A stretch of DNA of 63,987 nucleotides, filler included, from Octopus bimaculoides (Eukaryota), in assembly GCF_001194135.2 (NCBI RefSeq). It is 4 parts of 4 records of this genome, joined end to end, with 100 filler letters (N's around TTAATTAATTAA, not from the genome) between each part and the next. Parts side by side here need not be neighbours in the genome. Positions count along the whole stretch, not along the records: positions 18,419 to 47,304 come from NC_068982.1; positions 47,405 to 61,610 come from NC_068981.1; 2 more parts are not named here. The stretch is one strand, 5' to 3'. This document shows positions 39,886-53,957 of the stretch, piece by piece. A program made the position numbers and the translations under genes. Under the pieces are notes generated by a model. The model saw nothing but the letters and a program-made list of their open reading frames with translations. It did not search any database and was not told the DNA's origin. Numbering within the stretch: position 1 is the first letter of the stretch; each line of letters begins with the position of its first letter.

Positions 39886-42800
39886 TCAGTGTGGCAGGCT
39901 TTTATTTGAGTAAGATATGGCTGATATTCAAAACAGTTTGAAAGGTCATATAGTAGCTCTCTAGTTGACAATGATGAGCTGAAACTGAAATGAAATTACA
40001 TGTGGAGTTGAAGGAGATTACAGTAAAAGAGACTGAAAATATCTTTAAAAAAAATTGAATGAAAATACTACATTTAAATTTGAAGAAATCATCATTTGGA
40101 CAATACCAACATTGAGATACTTTGTGGCATACCCTCAGTTAACCGCAAAGTATTATCTTGAAGATACAGTTAAATATATAAGCAAGTTAAATACACAAGT
40201 AAGCTTTTGCTTCGAATGCCATGAGCTAGGTTGAGATTGTAAGTTTATGTTACCGAGAGATTGTCCTTGCTCTCTCAGCGACGCCATTATCAGGTTTTGT
40301 AATTTACTTAGCACAGGTATAGGAACGAGGCTCAAAGAACTGCAAACTGCGAATTTCTATACCGCCGTAGCGGAAGCACAACCAACAGAAGAACGTATGA
40401 GAGGGGATAATAACATCAACCGTAACCCTGTAGAGATGGAATCAACTATGTATTCTCGTTTATTTTAATTGCGATAGGAAAAAACGGACAAGTTCACATA
40501 AAACTCGTAGATGCCATGTGACTGGCGGTTTTTATTTAAACAAATGTACAACATTTGTTATGTATTGGTTAAGAGTTCAATGCACGGCAGTTAATATATG
40601 GAATTAGCTACGTTTACGGAGTAGTGATGGTAAATTTTGCTCTGAAATGGATGCACAAAGTTAACAAACACTATAATCATGGTATTATAGTGTTGCACAT
40701 ATGTTAGATAACATAAAAAGGAGCTTTATGAAAATCAGCAGAAATGTAGAGAAACTGCATCGAATTTCAAGCAAAAGAAAACAGCAGGGTGATGAAAAAT
40801 TACAAACAAAATATGTTATAGACTCAGTTGATTGAGAAAATGCAAAATATAGAAAGATTTTAACACCAGGGTTGGATAGAAAACAGAAAAGCAGAACTTG
40901 CTTGGACGAAATTAACCAACTAGAACAAATATTCATTAAACAAAAATCGACATGTCAGTAAAACAGTATGAGATGTGCGGTAAAATAAACAGAGGTATTT
41001 ATCCTTGTGTGCATAATAGTAGTAAGATAGCAATAAGAATATAATAGACTCCACAGTATAGGAGAAACGATACACTAATGTTAGTAGGACGTTTGGATTA
41101 AAAGTAAATTAAAGCGTGCACCAACACAAAACCGTAGGTGTTATTTAAATGACAAAACTGTAGGTTTTATTAGAATGACAAAATATAGTAAGACGTCGTA
41201 GGGAATCGATGTGCAAATTAATAGTATAGCGTTGCATTCTCCGTCGGTTTCTATGATGAGCATACAAATGTTCTCAGAAATAGCCTATAACAACGATTAA
41301 AACCAGTGAACCTGATCAAAAATTATGAAAATGCTGAAGAAACACTGTGTAAGTAATATTCATTGCTTTTGGAGATCTTTTATCAAAAAATTATTGAAGT
41401 ACAATTTGTATCATATCAGGGGATTTTGTCTCCCATCACAAACACAAGAAATCACAAGTAATGTATATATATGAATATATGCGAGTGTGCAATTTATAGC
41501 AAAGGTCCAGGGGAATAATTACAAGGTAGCTAAATGTTGCTTAAGTGTCCTAGGAAACAATGATTACACTTGTGTGTGATTTGATTCCGGGATAAGTAAG
41601 TCGTATTTAGGAGAAAATAGGAAAAATTGAAAAAGGAGACAAACGCTCAGGATGTTATTAAAACATTTATGTCTTCATATCTTCTACATATATTTCTATG
41701 GATGCATTCAAAGTACATCCAACAGGAAGAATTGTGGTTAGCTATGCATCGATCTCATCAGGAAAGATATAAACAACATCACTCATCAAATAGACACTTT
41801 TACAGATATAAGAAGCCCTAGAAAATGCGACGTATATATACGAGTGAGTGGACAAACCAAAGAAAGTTGTACTCAACAGATTTATCGGAGTTATATATGT
41901 TATTTAGTTTTATTCGGTTCCATGCAGTTTAAAGTTTCGAGGATTATCAAAGCGTGAAAAGCTAGGCTCATTTTACGAACTTATAAAAGTTTAAGTTACA
42001 CTGAGCCAAATCAAACTGTTATTAAATAATATTTATGAATATATATATATATATATATATATANNNNNNNNNNNNNNNNNNNNNNNNNNNNNNNNNNNNN
42101 NNNNNNNNNNNNNNNNNNNNNNNNNNNNNNNNNNNNNNNNNNNNNNNNNNNNNNNNNNNNNNNNNNNNNNNNNNNNNNNNNNNNNNNNNNNNNNNNNNNN
42201 NNNNNNNNNNNNNNNNNNNNNNNNNNNNNNNNNNNNNNNNNNNNNNNNNNNNNNNNNNNNNNNNNNNNNNNNNNNNNNNNNNNNNNNNNNNNNNNNNNNN
42301 NNNNNNNNNNNNNNNNNNNNNNNNNNNNNNNNNNNNNNNNNNNNNNNNNNNNNNNNNNNNNNNNNNNNNNNNNNNNNNNNNNNNNNNNNNNNNNNNNNNN
42401 NNNNNNNNNNNNNNNNNNNNNNNNNNNNNNNNNNNNNNNNNNNNNNNNNNNNNNNNNNNNNNNNNNNNNNNNNNNNNNNNNNNNNNNNNNNNNNNNNNNN
42501 NNNNNNNNNNNNNNNNNNNNNNNNNNNNNNNNNNNNNNNNNNNNNNNNNNNNNNNNNNNNNNNNNNNNNNNNNNNNNNNNNNNNNNNNNNNNNNNNNNNN
42601 NNNNNNNNNNNNNNNNNNNNNNNNNNNNNNNNNNNNNNNNNNNNNNNNNNNNNNNNNNNNNNNNNNNNNNNNNNNNNNNNNNNNNNNNNNNNNNNNNNNN
42701 NNNNNNNNNNNNNNNNNNNNNNNNNNNNNNNNNNNNNNNNNNNNNNNNNNNNNNNNNNNNNNNNNNNNNNNNNNNNNNNNNNNNNNNNNNNNNNNNNNNN

Positions 42801-43032
42801 NNNNNNNNNNNNNNNNNNNNNNNNNNNNNNNNNNNNNNNNNNNNNNNNNNNNNNNNNNNNNNNNNNNNNNNNNNNNNNNNNNNNNNNNNNNNNNNNNNNN
42901 NNNNNNNNNNNNNNNNNNNNNNNNNNNNNNNNNNNNNNNNNNNNNNNNNNNNNNNNNNNNNNNNNNNNNNNNNNNNNNNNNNNNNNNNNNNNNNNNNNNN
43001 NNNNNNNNNNNNNNNNNNNNNTATATACATAC

Positions 43033-43125
<93 letters not shown>

Positions 43126-43629
43126 TAGTGTATATTTGAACACAAAAAGAGGTGACTCTTAACAAGTTACCTTACATGCTAGAAGGAACAATCAAAAGTC
43201 CAAAAGTTTGAACTTTAATTAGTAAATAAAATAATTTGCTAGGTGACGTTCTCATCAGCGGGTACGCCAAACATTAACATATAATTTAGAGACAAAATAA
43301 CATGTGTCTCATCATTATATATTATAATTTTTTTCAAATACACCGCGCAAAAGATGAGCTGGGTGAATATACTCATGCAACTTTGGATCTCAACACGCTG
43401 CGTTTCTAAAGAAGATCCTCAAAGTTAAAATAATATTGTAAATTGAAATGGAACAGTTTACTGAGAGACTGCATTAACGAAAACAGAAGTATCACTCAGA
43501 AAATAAACAACTAAAATAGAGACAGTGATTACATAAATCATGAATATATCCCTTATAGGTGCAATAACACCCAAGGTAAATAAAAGTAAACAAAATAAAA
43601 TTGTAGAACATCTACATATCCTAACCGAC

Positions 43630-45700
43630 AACAAAACGAAATTCAACAACACAAAGAGAAATAAAAGTGTATATGAGGGTGATTAAGTATTGGAAGTTTT
43701 AAATGTGGAAACCATGAACATGACAATCGAATGATGGAAATAATTAAGGAATCCAAAACAACTTTCTATTAATGAAGAATGGAGTCACCTAATGATAGAA
43801 GTCAAAAATGATATCACAGTCACAATAAAAAAACACGAACTTCATCGCAAACCTAATGAATACAAAGGAAAACATTACTATTAAAAGGTTAAACGAAATA
43901 ATATATGCAACAGCGACTGTAGTTACTAAAGAAAGTGAGTTCCCACTCAGATTTCCTCAGATGATAATAATATCAAACCTAAGCAAACAACATGTAAAAC
44001 AAGCATGTGGACATAGATAGAAAATAGTGAAAAGCTCTCCGAATCCTTACTGAAATCAATAATAAAAGCGACAGAAGTGAAAGGAAAGGTAGGACGGAGA
44101 GACTAATACTACAGAAATGTCAACTGAAAACGAAATATCCGACTTCAAAGGATATCTGAAACAAGAGATTCTCGTTGAGTTATAAAGAATTAATGGGCGT
44201 GAAAATTCACAACGATTCTTTGAATAAAACAAACAGTTCGATTTCAACCGAGAAAGAATTTATCAATAACTAGTTAAAAATAAAGTATATATCACTGCAG
44301 CACCGACAACAAGAACATCAGACGAATTTTAGAGAGACATGTATCGAGGCAGTCACTTTTGACGAGATTATTCAAAACAACTAACACAGCAACTGAATAA
44401 TGATGTGAGAACATAACAATACATTAAGTTGCACGGACACTATAGAAAGTAAATATCTGTAAGCCACAAGACATTATAAGAACTCTAACTCTCAGTTTAA
44501 ATATTTACAATGGATATTTAAGTTGCCAGCAAAGATGTTTAACGAGATACTGATGAAGCCAGAGAAAACAACTGACTCGTACTCTCGGGGAAAAACCGTC
44601 TTTATCTTCAAAATTAAAGAATCAGCGAACCCTAAAATTTGCTGAACCATAAGCTGCCTTTCTACAGCTTGCCAATGTCTTAACGGAATTAATATGACAG
44701 AGGATAAATAAACAAATGCAACGCGTTTTCAGAAAAGCAGAGTGGATATAGCAAGATTTAATTTAGTTGTAAATGTGAATTAATGATCAATAAACTCACA
44801 ACTAAAAATAGTAGAAGAATGAAGAGTATGAGAATGGCAGTGATTGACTAAAAGAAGGCTTTTGATACTGTTTCTCCATGTAGTTTATGTTAACATTATT
44901 CATCTGCAAGGTTACTCCGATGTATTGCTGTATTAAACATGTCACAAGTAAATGTCAAGCTACACTACATATGAAGAAATTACTAATGAAGAAATTGCAA
45001 ACACTAATCTAAAACTGAAACTGAAGTGTTCTTGATTGTAAAATGTATTCAAAGTTTTCAGGAACAACCAACAGCATCGAATGATGTAAAATACAACAAG
45101 TAACTCAGGAATATAAAAAATGATGGTAAAGCATTTAATTTCACTGTCTTTAGCTGCACAGTTTTAGCTAACAGAGAATTTATAAACAGACATGACATAG
45201 TTGAGATGTTCATACAGTGGAAATTGTTCTCGCATAATAAAATAGCGAAAGAAAACTATAAACGTATATCAAAAAATGTTCCAGTGAATGACAAAGCTGC
45301 TGTATCCTGGAATCTGTCAATCAAGACTTATTAGCTATCATGTTAATATACCAGACATTCTCTCCAGGGACCACTACGAAAGTAAATTCTTCTAATCACA
45401 GTTCAGCTTCTGCAAACGTTGTTGTACTTCCAACAAAAATTGAGAAAGCATACGAAATCTGGAAATAACCAGAAATTGGGAACGGAATAATGCCATGGGA
45501 ATTATTAAAATCTGGCAAATACATAACCAAAACCATAGGGCTCACAAATATGCACAACTTACAGAACAATACTCCTACAAAGCAGTATATACATATTTAG
45601 ATCAACTCTAAATGCGACAGAAGCAAAAGGAAGACATGCACATACTCAAGGCTACACTCAGTACAATGGATGCATACAAGAATAAAACCCCTGAAACAAT
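43630..45700 (+). mobile_element. Highly decayed R4/Dong-like (RLE-type) non-LTR retrotransposon
   Basis: My translations: GKTVFIFKIKESANPKIC*TISCLST (~44589-44666), ID*KKAFDTV (44842-44871), TVFSCTVLANREFINRHDIVEMFIQWKLF (~45143-45230) and NDKAAVSWNLSIKT (~45287-45328). These follow the order RT motifs, post-zinc-knuckle 'RHD.V...HW.L' segment, then the 'ILWD..IQTD' approach to the endonuclease. Boundaries approximate. Confidence 0.7.
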
Positions 45701-45880
45701 AATGGTTTCTAATTTAAGCACAAAACCAGCAACTTTTGATGGGAGGGATTTAGTCGATACCATCGACCTCTCTGCTTGAGTGGTACTTTATTTTCCCGAT
45801 CCTGAAATGATGTAAGTTGATGTTGACCTCTGTGGGATTTGAAACCGAAAAGTAAAAATAGTGTCAGAAGAAATACCGCA
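45700..45880 (-). mobile_element. SINE family A, degraded copy
   Basis: CTAATTTAAGCACAAAACCAGCAACTTT...TGGTACTTTATTTT...AGAAATACCGC. Confidence 0.55.
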
Positions 45881-47268
45881 GAGAATGAATCTCGTTCACT
45901 GGTTTGACAAGGACAAGACAAAATGTGCGGTGGAATATACACTTAGCTCGTACTCATTTTATTGATCTTGTAGGTACAAAGAAAGCAGTTTTTAAAGTAC
46001 TGTATTGATTCTACCATCTCAAAGCCCATAATGTTGTAAAATGAACTTATAGACCATCAATGGTATAAGAATACCCCTGGTGGTGAATGGCAGAACTTTA
46101 AAAGGTTAATAGATGTTCAGAGTTAAATCTTCTAGGTCACGAAATAATCATCCTCAAATTCTCAGATCCTTTTTCTATACTTATAAAAATGTGGTCGCCA
46201 TGTTAGACCATCATGTCTAGTATTTGTTGGAACTAAACAGACTGTAATTGAATGTTATAAATAACACAAAAGACGGCATAAAGTCTTGTAGTTGTTGTCG
46301 CTGTTGATGCTGTTGGTGATGTTGCTATTATTCTTTCTTTTTTCTCTTCTTCTTCTCCTCAACCTTATCCTCCTCTTCCCTTCCTCTTCCTCGCCCTCCT
46401 TCTTCTTCTTCTTCTCGTTTAACCCAGGTTAAACTTCACTGCACAGACCTATGATCAAAGATGCTCAGTATCAGGGACTATATTGTCAAATGTATTTTTC
46501 TTTATTAGAGAGAAGAAAGTTGTAATTTGCAGGAGATTTCTAGCTATTAGTTCAAGCGTAGCTTAGAAGTTCTGCTCCCGAGTTAGCTCCTATTATAAGA
46601 ATATTTGATAAGCGTTGTAACTATTTCTTTGTGCTATTTTATGAGACTAGATTGCTGTACGGTCTTCTGGGGATATTTACGAGGTGATCCTGGTCTCAGT
46701 TCGTAGGAAATAGTGCAAGAAAATTATCGATCTACCACAAGATGAAAGTGTATTCCCATAGCACCTGGATCAAAAATTCAAACAACAATGAGCACAATAA
46801 TGCGATAAAGTTCCACATTTGAATATCCCTGACCATAAACAGCGTTGAATGATCTCTCTCTAAATATATTAAACATATTAACACATTGGCTGTGTAGTGT
46901 CCTTATCTACAATTTTGTTTTAAAAGTATTCAGTGTAAATGTATACGACCATTATTTCTATAGCAAACATTCAGGTAAAATACATTTATAATCTTAATCG
47001 CAAGCAATTTTTGTAACTTCGAAATGAAAAAATGACAGCTAATATTTGACGTACAACTAAAACAATTATAAGATAAATAGTACACACATGCGCACACACA
47101 CATTGACACAAACACACACACACACACTAAACACACACACACAGACACACATATATACACTATATATATCTATTATACATATATGCGTGTGTCTGAGTGC
47201 GTGTGCGTGCGTGTGTAAGTATATGATGCTGATACTATATAAGAATAATATATGTATATAAATGGAAT

Positions 47269-47304
<36 letters not shown>

Positions 47305-47404
47305 NNNNNNNNNNNNNNNNNNNNNNNNNNNNNNNNNNNNNNNNNNNNTTAATTAATTAANNNNNNNNNNNNNNNNNNNNNNNNNNNNNNNNNNNNNNNN
47401 NNNN

Positions 47405-47434
<30 letters not shown>

Positions 47435-47437
<3 letters not shown>

Positions 47438-47580
47438 TACGACGGGCTTCTTTTCAGTTTCCGTCTACCAAATCCACTCACAAGGCTTTGGTCGACCCGA
47501 GGCTATAGTAGAAGACACTTGCCCAAGGTGCCACGCAGTGGGACTGAACCTGGAACCATGTGGTTGGTAAGCAAGCTACT
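47435..47580 (-). mobile_element. SINE family B, 5' half
   Basis: Very close match to the 49981-50145 and 61052-61215 copies; the extreme 5' end is missing. Confidence 0.9.
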
Positions 47581-47590
47581 ATTTTATATG

Positions 47591-47782
47591 CTTAAAGCTA
47601 ATAAACGATCACTGTGCAATGACTAAAGAAAATAATCTAATATTAGGGTATATAAGCCCTCGACGGGAAAGAGTAAGCCACGCGTACGAGAACCCTACTT
47701 TTTCTCCGTCGAGAGCTTATATGCCCCAATATTAGACTATTATCTTTTATTCATTGCACCGTGAACGCTTATAAGCTTTAAG
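47591..47782. mobile_element. Palindromic MITE-like hairpin, ~192 bp
   Basis: CTTAAAGCTAATAAACGATCACTGTGCAATGACTAAAGAAAATAATCTAATATTAGGGTATATAAGCCCTCGACGGGAAAGAGTA pairs imperfectly with the right arm, which ends TCATTGCACCGTGAACGCTTATAAGCTTTAAG. Confidence 0.7.
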
Positions 47783-47960
47783 TTTATTCAACATATTCCC
47801 CTCTCACATTCGTACATTTATTGCAGCGTTTCTTCAGTTTTACAAAGCCCTGTGAAAGAACTCGGAAGGTTGGGTCCCGAACCGGGACCTTCGCGATATC
47901 TTTAAAGCCAGGAACGTTTCAGCACCTTCTCGTATATATAGATAGACATTCATGTATATA

Positions 47961-47996
<36 letters not shown>

Positions 47997-48754
47997 NNNN
48001 NNNNNNNNNNNNNNNNNNNNNNNNNNNNNNNNNNNNNNNNNNNNNNNNNNNNNNNNNNNNNNNNNNNNNNNNNNNNNNNNNNNNNNNNNNNNTATATATA
48101 TATATATATGTATGTATGTATGTGGCTATCCATCCATCCATCCATCCATCCATCCAACCGTCTATCCGTCCATACATCTCTCTGTCTGTCTATTATATGC
48201 ACACATTCACATAGATGTATCAACCCGGAAGAATCGAATTACTTTTCTCGTTTTGTTTTAAGCACTAATACAATTATATCTGTTATTATTGCTCCAACGA
48301 GAAAATACTAGACCGTTTGGATTCCTTTCTACTACATTGGCAGCAATAGAATCTATCAATTACGAAACTGCCTTGCGGAATAAGAGCTTGATTTACAACT
48401 GTCAATATCTATCTTTCAAATTTCAAATTCTATAATCGAAATCCTCTTGGTAGGAATGTTTCTAACCCATAACTAAACATTAATGTACATATATTTCTAC
48501 AATTTCAGTCAACAATCTGTAGATGTGTTGTGGTATATTATGTTGTTTTGTAATAAGAAGAAGACCGTGCCAGTGTGGCGTGTCATAAATTTCGAAGGAC
48601 TAATGATATTCATTGATATACTGAAAGGAAAATATGCATGCTTTATTTTAATGAATTACTCTTTCAGGAAAATAACTTGACGGTTGAAGATTCGGAAGGC
48701 ATTTTAGGGAAGCAGATCAGAATAAAATAAAACGATAAGATCAAATTGAAGTAA

Positions 48755-48870
48755 GATGGCGAGCTGGCAGAATCGTCAGCACGCCGGGCCAAATGATTAG
48801 CGGCATTTCATACGTCTCCTCGTTCTGAGCTCAAGTACCACCTGCGTCAGCTTTGCTTTTTATCCTTTCT
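48755..48870 (+). mobile_element. SINE family A, 5' part
   Basis: ATGGCGAGCTGGCAGAATCGTCAGCACGCCGGGCCAAATGATTAGCGGCATTTC. Confidence 0.75.
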
Positions 48871-49064
48871 GCAAGAAAATTGTATGTTTTATCTTTTTCT
48901 TGTTTTAGTGATTGGTTGCGGCGATGCTGGGGCACAACTTTGACGTGTTTATTCGAACAAACCGACTCCAGTTGTCAAACACTGGTGTGGAGCAAACACA
49001 AACACATAGAGTTATACACCACACACGCACACACACACACTCTCTCTCTCTCTCACACACACAC

Positions 49065-49189
<125 letters not shown>

Positions 49190-49214
49190 CGTGTATATAT
49201 AAATATATACAATG

Positions 49215-49352
49215 AGCTTCTTTTTCAGTCTCCGTCTACTAAATCTCACTCATAAGGCTTTAGTTGACTGAAGACTAAGGTGCTACGTGGTGGGACTGAA
49301 TCCGAAATCATGTAGTTGGGAAGCAAGCTTCTTTCCATACAGCCATGCCTGC
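49215..49352 (-). mobile_element. SINE family B, degraded 5' half next to a long (CA)n
   Basis: TTCAGTCTCCGTCTAC...GTGGGACTGAATCCG...GCAAGCTTCTTTCCATACAGCCATGCCTGCACC. Confidence 0.7.
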
Positions 49353-49547
49353 ACCTATTAATGTTTATTAGATTTAAATATTTTTGAAATAGTTTTCCTT
49401 GCAATATTTAGAACTAAACACCAATGTTTTCCTTCGCAATTCAGCATCCACGATTTCGGTATCCGGATTTCGAAGTTTGCAGTCTACCTTCTTGCTAAAA
49501 TGTAATCGCTTACTTACTTGAATTGCAATTCGCAGCGAGAAGGCTAG

Positions 49548-49945
49548 GTATGTTCTTTTATACGTTATAGTCATTTGACTGCGGTCATGCTGGAGCACAC
49601 CACCTTATAAGGTTTATGCGCGAAGAAATAGACCCCAGGACTTATTCTTTGGAATCCTAGTACTCTTTTGCCGAACAGTTAAGTTACGAGGACATAAACG
49701 TACCACCATCGCTTGACATCCGGTGGTGGGAGGGGTGGAGGCAAATACAGATACAGAAACACACACATATAAATATATATATGCGATGGACTTCTTTTCA
49801 GTTTCCTTCTACCAAACCCACTCACAAGGCTTTGGTCGGCCCGAGGATATAGTAGAAGACACCTGTGCAAGGTGCCACGCAGTGGGACTGAACCTGGAAT
49901 CATGTGGTTGGAAAGCAAGCTTCTTAACACAGAGCCACGACTGCG
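49548..49945 (-). mobile_element. SINE family B, full-length copy
   Basis: Head, short central TA/TG tract and tail are all present. Confidence 0.85.
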
Positions 49946-49980
49946 AAATTTAATTAAATATTACAGATATTAAATATGTG

Positions 49981-50355
49981 CGCAGGAGTGACTGTTTGGT
50001 AAGTAGCTTGCTTACCAACCACATGGTTCCGGGTTCATTCCCACTGCGTGCTACCTTGGGCAAGTGTCTTCTACTATAGCCTCGGGCCGACCAAAGCCTT
50101 GTGAGTGGATTTGGTAGACGGAAACTGAAAGAATCCTGTCGTGTATATATATATATATATATNNNNNNNNNNNNNNNNNNNNNNNNNNNNNNNNNNNNNN
50201 NNNNNNNNNNNNNNNNNNNNNNNNNNNNNNNNNNNNNNNNNNNNNNNNNNNNNNNNNNNNNNNNNNNNNNNNNNNNNNNNNNNNNNNNNNNNNNNNNNNN
50301 NNNNNNNNNNNNNNNNNNNNNNNNNNNNNNNNNNNNNNNNNNNNNNNNNNNNNNN

Positions 50356-50394
<39 letters not shown>

Positions 50395-50610
50395 ATATGT
50401 TTGTGTGTCTGTGTTTGTCCCCCCAACATCACTTAACAAACGATGCTGGTGTGTTTACGTCGTCATAACTTAGCGGTTCGGCAAAAGAACCCGATAGAAT
50501 AAGTACTAGGCTTACAAAGAATAAGTCCTGGGGTCAATTTGCTCGACTAAAGGCGATGCTCCAGCATGGCCGCAGTCAAATGACTGAAACAAGTAAAAGA
50601 GTAAAAGAGT
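49981..50610 (+). mobile_element. SINE family B, full-length copy (central microsatellite contains a gap)
   Basis: CGCAGGAGTGACTGTTTGGTAAGTAGC head; tail CAGCATGGCCGCAGTCAAATGACTGAAACAAGTAAAAGAGTAAAAGAGTAA. Confidence 0.9.
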
Positions 50611-53600
50611 AAATACAAAAAAATTTTAATTATTACGCAGCTTGGTTATATATTTCATGCCCATTTTTCAATGCGGTTATTTTCTAGTACATCTTCCAGA
50701 ATTCGAACGGATTCAACTCTGGAGCAAGGAGAAAACATTACATGAAGGAGTGGTTAGATTTTTATTTTAGGAAAGATCAGCAAAAGTGGAAATCTGGATA
50801 ACCGTCACATGCGAACTATTCCCAGTTTGCAGTAACACTATTATTTTCGAATGAAATTTAAATGTCATAAGCATTAACTATGGTTCCAATTCGGAATTAG
50901 TTATAGAGTTTATGTTTATGATATCAAATTTCTTATTTAAAATCAATAATCGTTCTATCTTAGTCGTCTACAAATGTGGTTTCTCTGGGGCATTTCAAAA
51001 TATCCAGAGTTAGTGTAATGTTCTGTGTGTATCTAGATTATTTTAACATAAGAATAGCCGGCTTAAGTCAGCGATAAGTGAGCAATAGTTGATTGGGGAG
51101 GAAATTGTAGTAATTCTCTTATTTATAATGTACATTAGGCAATATTATATTGCATATTTATATTAAAATTGGATATGTGGCAAGATTCAGAGACTCTAAG
51201 TGACAGTTAGACTGTCAGAAGTACAGTAACAGATATAATTTATGGGAGACATAATATAACATAAGCAGAACTACACATTGTAGAATGTGCGAAATTTAAG
51301 CTACTTTATAGTAAATAATCGGAGAGGTTTTCCTGATAGTTTCCAAATAGCAATGTACTTAGGGGAGAGAAACCACTATTTACTAATGCCCTAATAACAG
51401 AGTTTGAAACTGGATGGTGTAAGTCTATTTAGAAAATATTTATACATAAATAATTAGGTTGGAACAGTAATTTTCAGGAATACGACTGTCTTAGGTTTAG
51501 TAGAAACTGGTGCCTAATAAAAGCGTTATTAATCAACATTAGAATGTAGAATTCCCACCAATGTGTTATATTTGAATTACTGCAAGACTTCGGACAAGAA
51601 ACCGCGAACAAACCAACTCTAACATCAAACCTTCTGCTACTTCAGCATCCTGCGTTGAGTTGGCTCTCCTCTATAGTCGATCTAGCAGTTAGTTTATTGA
51701 TCACTGACGTGTTAATGCTTATGTTGTGAAGAGTATTATTTGAACTAAAAGAACCGTGAACAATCGTAGCCACGAACCTTTTATCGACAAATATCCTTTT
51801 TTGTGCTCTCTACTCTGCACTAGCTCTACAGCCACTATTGAAAATTATGATTGAATGAATCTTCAGTGAATGTTTAATGTTTCTATTTTTTTTTCTTTTC
51901 TGTTTTCGAAATCTACCACTATTTTAGTAACAAAACATGTATGATAATAAAACAAGATAAACAACAAAAAGAAGAAAATTAAAGTTGATCAAAAACAAAT
52001 AGGTAACAAAACCTTACAAATATTTATAGTATGAGTGAAGCGATGTAAAATCGAAGACGTTTGATCTTTCCCACTAAAATAAAATCAATTAAACAAAGAA
52101 AAAGAAAATAGTTAATAAAAAAAAACAAGAGCGAGCATGGTGGATGAAATAACTGGCTATAAAATATTTGTGCATTTTCCTGATCTTTGCATACGGCGGA
52201 TATAAATGTTCGGTTGTGTAAAAGCTGCATTTTTGCCAAAACGCTGAAAATAAACAAATAACTAATGGAATGATTACACGTGGAGGTATTTATTTGCGTG
52301 GCAAATTCAATAGATTTACTACTAAAAATATAATACAAAATTGAAAAAAATATCGATTTAACAAAAGCATAGAAACGGTAAAATTAGTGAATGATATCGA
52401 ATACAACGTGTAGAATGTTATAGTTCAAGAGATAAGCTACCTGTCATGAAAACCCAGTTATTTTCTATTATCCATTAATACTCACTGGAAGGATGAGGAC
52501 CTGACAAAACTCTATCTGCCATCGACTAAAATTATAAAATGTCGCATTCAGTCAAGAAGGAAAAATCGCACTTCATCAATTTCTGTGAGCCTGTCCACAG
52601 CCTCAGTTTAGATCAATCTTCTTCTGTTGCGATTAAAGCGTCAGAGAAACAGAGAGATAAAAAGAAAAATGTCGGATAATTTTTTTCATTTTCATGCGTT
52701 CTTTAAGCAGGGTATTAACAGATATGAAGTCACTGAAATAAGAAATTGAAACGAAATCATATATTTACTAGTGTTATAACCACAATGATTTAGAACCTTG
52801 ATACGAGGTCATATATTTTTTTGAAAAAGACACTGATTGACACTTTTCCTGTATATTACTGAATCCTTTTTCTTTATCGAGGTCGTCTCCAGTTGGTATT
52901 AATTATAGAACATAAAGGTATGCAATAAATATGACAATTCATTTAATCTGACCTTTTGCTATATCTATTACTTCATCCTTACAAATATTATCATGATTGT
53001 CATTGTCAAGATAATTTCACAATCGTAATGATATTAAGTATCTCCTTGCAGAAAAAAGGAAAAGTTGACATTGCGTAGATTTGAGATCAAAATAGCATGA
53101 AATTGATCCCTGTCACTATCCATGGTTGTATCAATACAATTCTATCAAGAAGAATGCAACAATAACGATATTTTACATTACAAATATACTCGGTAATAAT
53201 CTCCAATGCATGCATCACAGAATCCGGGAAGCTGGCCTTATGACCTTACGGTTAGGGAAGCCCTTTTTTTGACTTACACATAAATAAAAATATACTGCAA
53301 ATATTTTGCCCAGCTCTCTACTGCTTCAACCATTCACCAGCATATTGAAAAAAATATACGAAGCAATCAAGTCTCAGTGAAAGAGTCTATTCGCAATCAC
53401 TGCTCCTGCTAAAAAGTGCTGTCAAATCCCCCTTAATATCCTGCCGCCTTAATAATAGAGCACGTTGAATAATTTTAGTATAAGATACAATGTAATTTGG
53501 CGAATTGACGGATTCAGCGCGTCTGATAGAATGCTTTGTGGTGTTCATTCCGTATCTCGGTCTTCTGAGTTCGATTTCTACCTATGCCAAATTTATCTGT

Positions 53601-53957
53601 CATCCTTTTTGCTTCGATAAATAAAGTAACAGTCTGTGGTGATGAATTGGCAGAAGGGATAAAGCGTCGGACAAGATGCATGACAATATCTGTTTATGAT
53701 TCTTTGTTGTGTAAGTTCAAATCCCACAGAAGTTTCGATAGATAGGGCTAATCACCTGACCAACACACAAATGGTCATTGCTGGCAGATGCCTCTGTATC
53801 CTCCAGGAATTGACCGACAACAGCTCAATGAGATTCTATATGTGAAAATATAAAGACGAGATAGTGAGGACTGAAGTTTCTTTGATCAGAAGTCTGCTAT
53901 ATAAAAACTGTGCTGGGAATACAAAACAACAGTAACAAAAAAAAAAACCTCAAATAT

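Noticed and set aside
40247-40468. 73-aa ORF in slightly GC-richer unique sequence
   Set aside because: No recognisable domain and no supporting exon context.
53060-53250. Minus-strand FPDSVMHALEIITEYICNVKYRYCCILLD, faintly like a P-element transposase 'C.L..DE' segment
   Set aside because: The key residue is absent and no downstream motifs were found; too weak without a profile search.
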